Below are positions 59,653 to 64,000 of a stretch of DNA of 64,000 nucleotides, one piece after another. The notes under the pieces are model-generated. The model ran no database searches. It worked only from the letters and a program-made list of their open reading frames with translations, and was not told the origin of the DNA. The stretch's first letter is position 1, and every line of letters starts with the position of its first letter. Location of the stretch: positions 128,001 to 192,000 of the forward strand of contig JBBIGR010000004.1 of assembly GCA_037447435.1 (NCBI GenBank). Reading direction: 5' to 3'. The DNA comes from Fibrobacteria bacterium. GTDB taxonomy: Bacteria; Fibrobacterota; Chitinivibrionia; Chitinivibrionales; FEN-1185. The translations under genes were made by a program, and so were the position numbers.

Positions 59653-60937
59653 ACCGTTCCATTTGCTCTTTAAGCATTGCATGATAATTCGATTTTAGAG
59701 CGCCGATTTTCGCGTTCAACCGTTTACAAAAATGTCCGGCCTCGACATAGTCCCTCGATTTCATATTCTGCCACAATTCACGCAGGGTCCGGTCGTTCAG
59801 GATTTCACTGGTCGACACTTCAAAATGCATCATTTGATTTTCCGAAATCCTTTTATAGGTATCCTGAATCATTTGAAGCAACTCGGCGTACAGATTCTGG
59901 TCGGACCGGTTTTGCAACGAGGTAACGCCGAGTGATAGTTGTTCAAGGAAAAACTTGCTGTTGAAAATATAATGTCTTTTATTTTTATACGCTTTGGGGT
60001 CATAAAAATATTCTCCAATCACCCTGCCTTTCGTGGTTTTAACCACCGATTTCGGAAACGGCGGCGGCAGAGCGGGAACTTGCTGCGACTCTTTATAAAT
60101 TGTCAACAATTCATCGTCCGGATGCCCCTCCGCGGCAAGGTCTTTGATCGAATCAAGCTGCAGTACCGAAGTTTTATCTTTCGTGATATCCGGTGCCATG
60201 GATTGAATCGAGGCATTCATGCTGCTTTGCACGGAAGCGAAAATTTCCTCCTGTTTTATATCGCCTTTCGTATCGGCGTCGGTATCCTTTGAAGCGGTTT
60301 CGTCGTGCGCATGCTCGGGAACCGCAACAGCGTCCGTTTGAGCCTGAGAAGCAAGGCGTTCGGTAAATGCAGTCACCGGATTATCGCCTTCCTGTTGCGA
60401 TAGTATTATTTCGAATAAACCGTTTATGATTTCGTTTTCGTTGACCAAAAGCTCCTTCTTAAGTTGCGTATCTATCAATGTGAGCTCTTGTTCCTTTACT
60501 TTTAGTTTATCCAATTTCACCGTAAGTTCGGAAAGCTCGGAACTGCAATCGCTTATTTCCTGTTTGACTGTTGCTATTTCAGAATCACGGGTCCGTTTTT
60601 CCTCTAAAAGAGTCCGGGAATCCCTGCTAATTTTTTTTATCAATTCTTCCTTGGTACGTACGACGTCCATTTTTTTCTGGTAATACTGAATGAGCATATC
60701 GAGCGTCGAAGCTTCGCTGTTGTTTTTCTGCATGGTCCGCTTTAGCGACCATAGATGTTCCAATGCCGCTTTAGCATTTTCGGTTTCGCCCCGCAGCAGC
60801 CGTTCGGCTATATCGTAGGTGTTTTCCGAGACTGTTGTTGCCCGGGCATCCAATAAAATGGAATAAAATTTGTTCGAATCCTTCGTACTTTTCGAAAGAT
60901 TCATCGTGCTTTCCGATAATTCTTGAATGCGGTTCAT
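59642..60937 (-). CDS. Hypothetical coiled-coil protein
   Basis: 431-aa ORF with SD and its own promoter; long heptad-rich N-half; no family recognised. Confidence 0.75.
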   Translation of the reverse strand: MNRIQELSESTMNLSKSTKDSNKFYSILLDARATTVSENTYDIAERLLRGETENAKAALEHLWSLKRTMQKNNSEASTLDMLIQYYQKKMDVVRTKEELIKKISRDSRTLLEEKRTRDSEIATVKQEISDCSSELSELTVKLDKLKVKEQELTLIDTQLKKELLVNENEIINGLFEIILSQQEGDNPVTAFTERLASQAQTDAVAVPEHAHDETASKDTDADTKGDIKQEEIFASVQSSMNASIQSMAPDITKDKTSVLQLDSIKDLAAEGHPDDELLTIYKESQQVPALPPPFPKSVVKTTKGRVIGEYFYDPKAYKNKRHYIFNSKFFLEQLSLGVTSLQNRSDQNLYAELLQMIQDTYKRISENQMMHFEVSTSEILNDRTLRELWQNMKSRDYVEAGHFCKRLNAKIGALKSNYHAMLKEQMERYAV

Positions 60938-60986
60938 ACCATGTCCTTTCTCAAAGGGAAAGACGCAACCGTTTCCCTACTAAGTC

Positions 60987-61015
60987 ATTATACCGTTAAA
61001 TATAATGTGGGTCAA
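60987..61015 (-). promoter_or_regulatory. Consensus-like sigma70 promoter
   Basis: TTGACC (61015-61010), 17 bp, TATAAT (60992-60987). Confidence 0.85.
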
Positions 61016-61166
61016 TATAAAATCTACGTAACACCATGGGATAATAATGGGTTATCTATACAATGCGTATGCCCGGCAATTTATCGCAATGGGCTGTATC
61101 GGCAAAGCGGGTACATCCGTGGAAAAGCGAAGCGGCAAAGGAGTGCGGCGATTTTTATTTGTGTTA

Positions 61167-62615
61167 TTATAAAGGTTCCATACGCAAAGACAAAAATAGT
61201 TCCTGCAATTTTGGATCTCTTCCGATCCTTTCGGTGTCGGAGTATCCGGCATCCAACGCTTTTGCCAAAAACGTTCTTGCCGCATCGGTTGCGCCTTTTT
61301 CCAATTTTATTTTAGCAAGTAAGAACCAAGCCTGCGGGCAATCGTCATGGTCATTACAATAGCGTTGAATTGCGGTTTCGGCATCGTCGATATTATTTGT
61401 AAGGATCAGGCCTTCCCATCGGATGATGTCCATCGAAATACTTTCTTGCCGGCAACGCTTGGCAAAAGCAATCGCCTCGTCAATCTGTTTATTGTCATAG
61501 GAGTATTGGGCAAGACAGGATAATACATGGTCCGAGACATCGGCACTTGAGCGCAGCCTTTTAAACAACGACTTGCCGATCGGCTTGAACCGGTGAATAA
61601 GCATTCGCTCCGCATCGAGTTCATCGCCTTTCATGTCCAGCTTCTCAGCGCGGCCCAGTAAATCCAACGCTTCTTTCGTATGGTCCAACTCACGTAAAAT
61701 CATGATCGATTCCGCAACTGCCGCCGACGAAAGTCGCGTCAACACCGCGCGTGTCGACTTACAATAACTTTCGATATCGCCTTTCAAAAGCGCCAGATGC
61801 CTAAGTCCCATCCAGCCCGGCATTTCCCTTGGCGACAGGGTGACCGCTTTGGTATACCATAGTTTTGCCTGATCATAATCTTTTTGTTTCGTGGCGACAT
61901 TTCCCAAATTGACATATAATCCGGCATCGGCCTTGGCAAGTTGTACCGCCTTTGAATAGCAATCGAGCGCATTGGTCAAATCATTGATATTTTCATACGC
62001 AACGCCGATGTTTTTGAGCGCCGAAGGAAATTCGCGCTGAAGCCGAATCGCGCGCTTATAGGCTTCTATGGCCTTTTCATTGTTTTGAGACTGCAAATAC
62101 GAATTCCCCAAATTAAACCAGGCGTCGGAAAAATCGGGCTTAACGGTCGTCGCTTTTGCGAATAATGCCATTGCCTCCTCCGCTTGCCCTTCTTTGTCGT
62201 AACAATTTCCAAGGTTAAGCAAGGCGCCCGGATTGTCCGGTTCAAGCTCCAGCACCTTTTTAAAAGATTGAATAGCGGCGGCATTATTATTGGATGCAAG
62301 TTGTACGATACCCAAATTATTCCATCCCTCAATTCTTCCGGGAGAAAGAACCGTTAATTTTTTAAAAGTGCTTTGCGCTTCTTCAAGATCCTGTCGCTTA
62401 AAACTGGTATTTCCTAAAGCAAGCAATATGGAAAAATTATTGGGATTTCGCTTTGCCAGATCTCTATATACTTCTATTGCCTCATTAAACCAACCAAGGT
62501 CGGAATATTGCTGGGCGAGTTTCGTTCCCGCATCAAGATCCTGCGGGTTTTGCGCATAGGTACGGCGCAAATCGTCGAGTATTTCCTGAGGATCCTTATC
62601 TTCGTCTTGCGCCAT
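61167..62615 (-). CDS. Tetratricopeptide-repeat protein
   Basis: Multiple TPR units (WNNLG, LLNLG, WFNLG, LKNIG, YVNLG...A...Y.KA..L.P). Confidence 0.92.
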   Translation of the reverse strand: MAQDEDKDPQEILDDLRRTYAQNPQDLDAGTKLAQQYSDLGWFNEAIEVYRDLAKRNPNNFSILLALGNTSFKRQDLEEAQSTFKKLTVLSPGRIEGWNNLGIVQLASNNNAAAIQSFKKVLELEPDNPGALLNLGNCYDKEGQAEEAMALFAKATTVKPDFSDAWFNLGNSYLQSQNNEKAIEAYKRAIRLQREFPSALKNIGVAYENINDLTNALDCYSKAVQLAKADAGLYVNLGNVATKQKDYDQAKLWYTKAVTLSPREMPGWMGLRHLALLKGDIESYCKSTRAVLTRLSSAAVAESIMILRELDHTKEALDLLGRAEKLDMKGDELDAERMLIHRFKPIGKSLFKRLRSSADVSDHVLSCLAQYSYDNKQIDEAIAFAKRCRQESISMDIIRWEGLILTNNIDDAETAIQRYCNDHDDCPQAWFLLAKIKLEKGATDAARTFLAKALDAGYSDTERIGRDPKLQELFLSLRMEPL

Positions 62616-62629
62616 GATACTCTGTATCC

Positions 62630-64000
62630 TTATTTGGCAAGTATTTCTGCGGCCTTTGGCACATATTTCGAGTCCAACAACTCCTGAATATATTGCCATT
62701 GCGGATATTCACCCGACCGAGCCCAGTTCTTTTTTACGACAATATCGTACCACGCGTCAAGGTACACATTGCCGATTTCTTCGAAATGAACATCTCCGGG
62801 GATGACGGTATATTTGTTGTACATGAGCTGCCGGAACGATGTTTCGTAAATATTGGTTATCCATCCTCCGCCGAACATCATCGACATATCGCTGAGGATT
62901 TCTTTTCGGACAGGAATCATTCCGAATCTGCTGCAATCCTGTATTTGACTTTTTGTCCCCGTGACATACGATGCGAGTTCCCACGACAATCGGGGATTAG
63001 GCGTATTTACCGGAATTCCCCACCACCAACCGCCGGTAGTTACCGATTTTTTTCCTTCCCGCAATATACTCCCGTTCGCATCAAGAATTATCGAGCATCC
63101 TTGCGGCATGGTCGCTACGGCCATATCGTTCGGATCGTTTAAAAATCCGTCAAGTCCATCCTGTCCTGTTCCATGAATAAAGAAGCAATCAACCTGAGTC
63201 ATAAACGCGCAAAAAACCTCGCCCTCTTTGAATGCTTTCCATATTTCCATGCCGCCCCACGATTCTTCCCACATTCGTTTATTATAGACCGACGTCGCGT
63301 ATGCCGCCTCCCACATAAATGCATCGGCTACCGCATTGCCCTTCATGCTCAACACCTGCGAACTGTCGCCGTTGCATTGAAAAACCCTATCGATAATACG
63401 GAGCGAAGTGCCCGAATACCGTTTTCCCCTATGCCCGATTCGAGGCAAAATTTTTCCGTCGTACGGTGTATGCGCCCAAATCCACCCGACCACATAGACA
63501 TCGAAAAAGTCCCATTTATTGGGATCTTCCTCCAAAACATAGGTAGAGGGCAAGCCATAGCCGTTGATCTTTTTCATATCGGCATCTATTGCGTCTTTGA
63601 AATTTGCCCATCTGCTTATGGCATCGGCGACCTTGCTTTTGCAGTAAACCATTATCCGTGTTTCGAATTTACGGGGAACAAGGTATTGCTTGTCGTCGTA
63701 TGTTCCCAGCGACGTCAGCATATATTTGGCCCTGAAATTTTTAATTTCATCCGCGGTCAGAATGGAATCAAGAGGCATTAACAGGTGCTTTTTAATAAGC
63801 GCCTTACTTTTTTCGAACGGAATTTTTACAAGCGAAACATGCCCGGCCCGTTGGCCTAATTCGGTTTCCAGGTCCGAAGGATTTTCGTAATGGACAACCG
63901 TCGTTTTCGCATGGTTTTCGCGGTCGAACCCCGGAATAGCCTCTTTGGAGAAATAATCCTCCTGCGCTTTGATCATTTTTACAAGGACTATGGATTGTCG
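62630..64000 (-). CDS. Extracellular solute-binding protein (ABC sugar-binding type); runs off the right edge
   Basis: [54 protein letters not shown]; frame stays open upstream of 63976. Confidence 0.75.
   Translation of the reverse strand, partial: RQSIVLVKMIKAQEDYFSKEAIPGFDRENHAKTTVVHYENPSDLETELGQRAGHVSLVKIPFEKSKALIKKHLLMPLDSILTADEIKNFRAKYMLTSLGTYDDKQYLVPRKFETRIMVYCKSKVADAISRWANFKDAIDADMKKINGYGLPSTYVLEEDPNKWDFFDVYVVGWIWAHTPYDGKILPRIGHRGKRYSGTSLRIIDRVFQCNGDSSQVLSMKGNAVADAFMWEAAYATSVYNKRMWEESWGGMEIWKAFKEGEVFCAFMTQVDCFFIHGTGQDGLDGFLNDPNDMAVATMPQGCSIILDANGSILREGKKSVTTGGWWWGIPVNTPNPRLSWELASYVTGTKSQIQDCSRFGMIPVRKEILSDMSMMFGGGWITNIYETSFRQLMYNKYTVIPGDVHFEEIGNVYLDAWYDIVVKKNWARSGEYPQWQYIQELLDSKYVPKAAEILAK

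Overview
Dense chromosomal window, mostly on the minus strand. It is most likely from a Fibrobacterota bacterium (Chitinivibrionia-like); this is inferred from a TIGR02147-family gene coupled to a DUF2341/LamG lipoprotein and from secreted CAZymes with T9SS-type-A-like C-terminal domains. Contents in order: (1) 1-10.8 kb, glycan locus A (DUF5703 protein, GH30, uncharacterised outer-membrane beta-barrel, unassigned 795-aa GH-like protein, GH39, MFS). (2) A candidate anti-Shine-Dalgarno sRNA divergent from an atypical two-component pair. (3) Housekeeping ppiD-like/S41 protease/tmk/secA. (4) FliL, PilZ, FapA and a signalling operon led by an Xis-type HTH-REC regulator with 9-bp direct repeats at its predicted +1. 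(5) 30-44.5 kb, glycan locus B, probably for alpha-glucan (lipoprotein, TIGR02147, mutarotase, a paralogous beta-barrel, GH31, GH71/99-like, GH87, unknown secreted protein). Its four promoters share an oriented pair of TTGTTCACW boxes at a fixed distance from a TATATT -10. (6) Sulfate assimilation with a ThiS/MoeB/JAMM thiocarboxylate module. (7) An ExbB / ExbB-ExbD fusion / ExbD / TonB-like motor operon. (8) Transglutaminase-like, membrane-anchored AraC, coiled-coil, TPR and solute-binding genes. Best candidates for an undescribed system: the SusC/SusD-free glycan utilisation loci with their barrel and putative TIGR02147 regulon, and the ExbB-ExbD fusion motor. No rRNA, tRNA, CRISPR array or transposase was seen. 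All family calls are by motif recognition; no searches were run.
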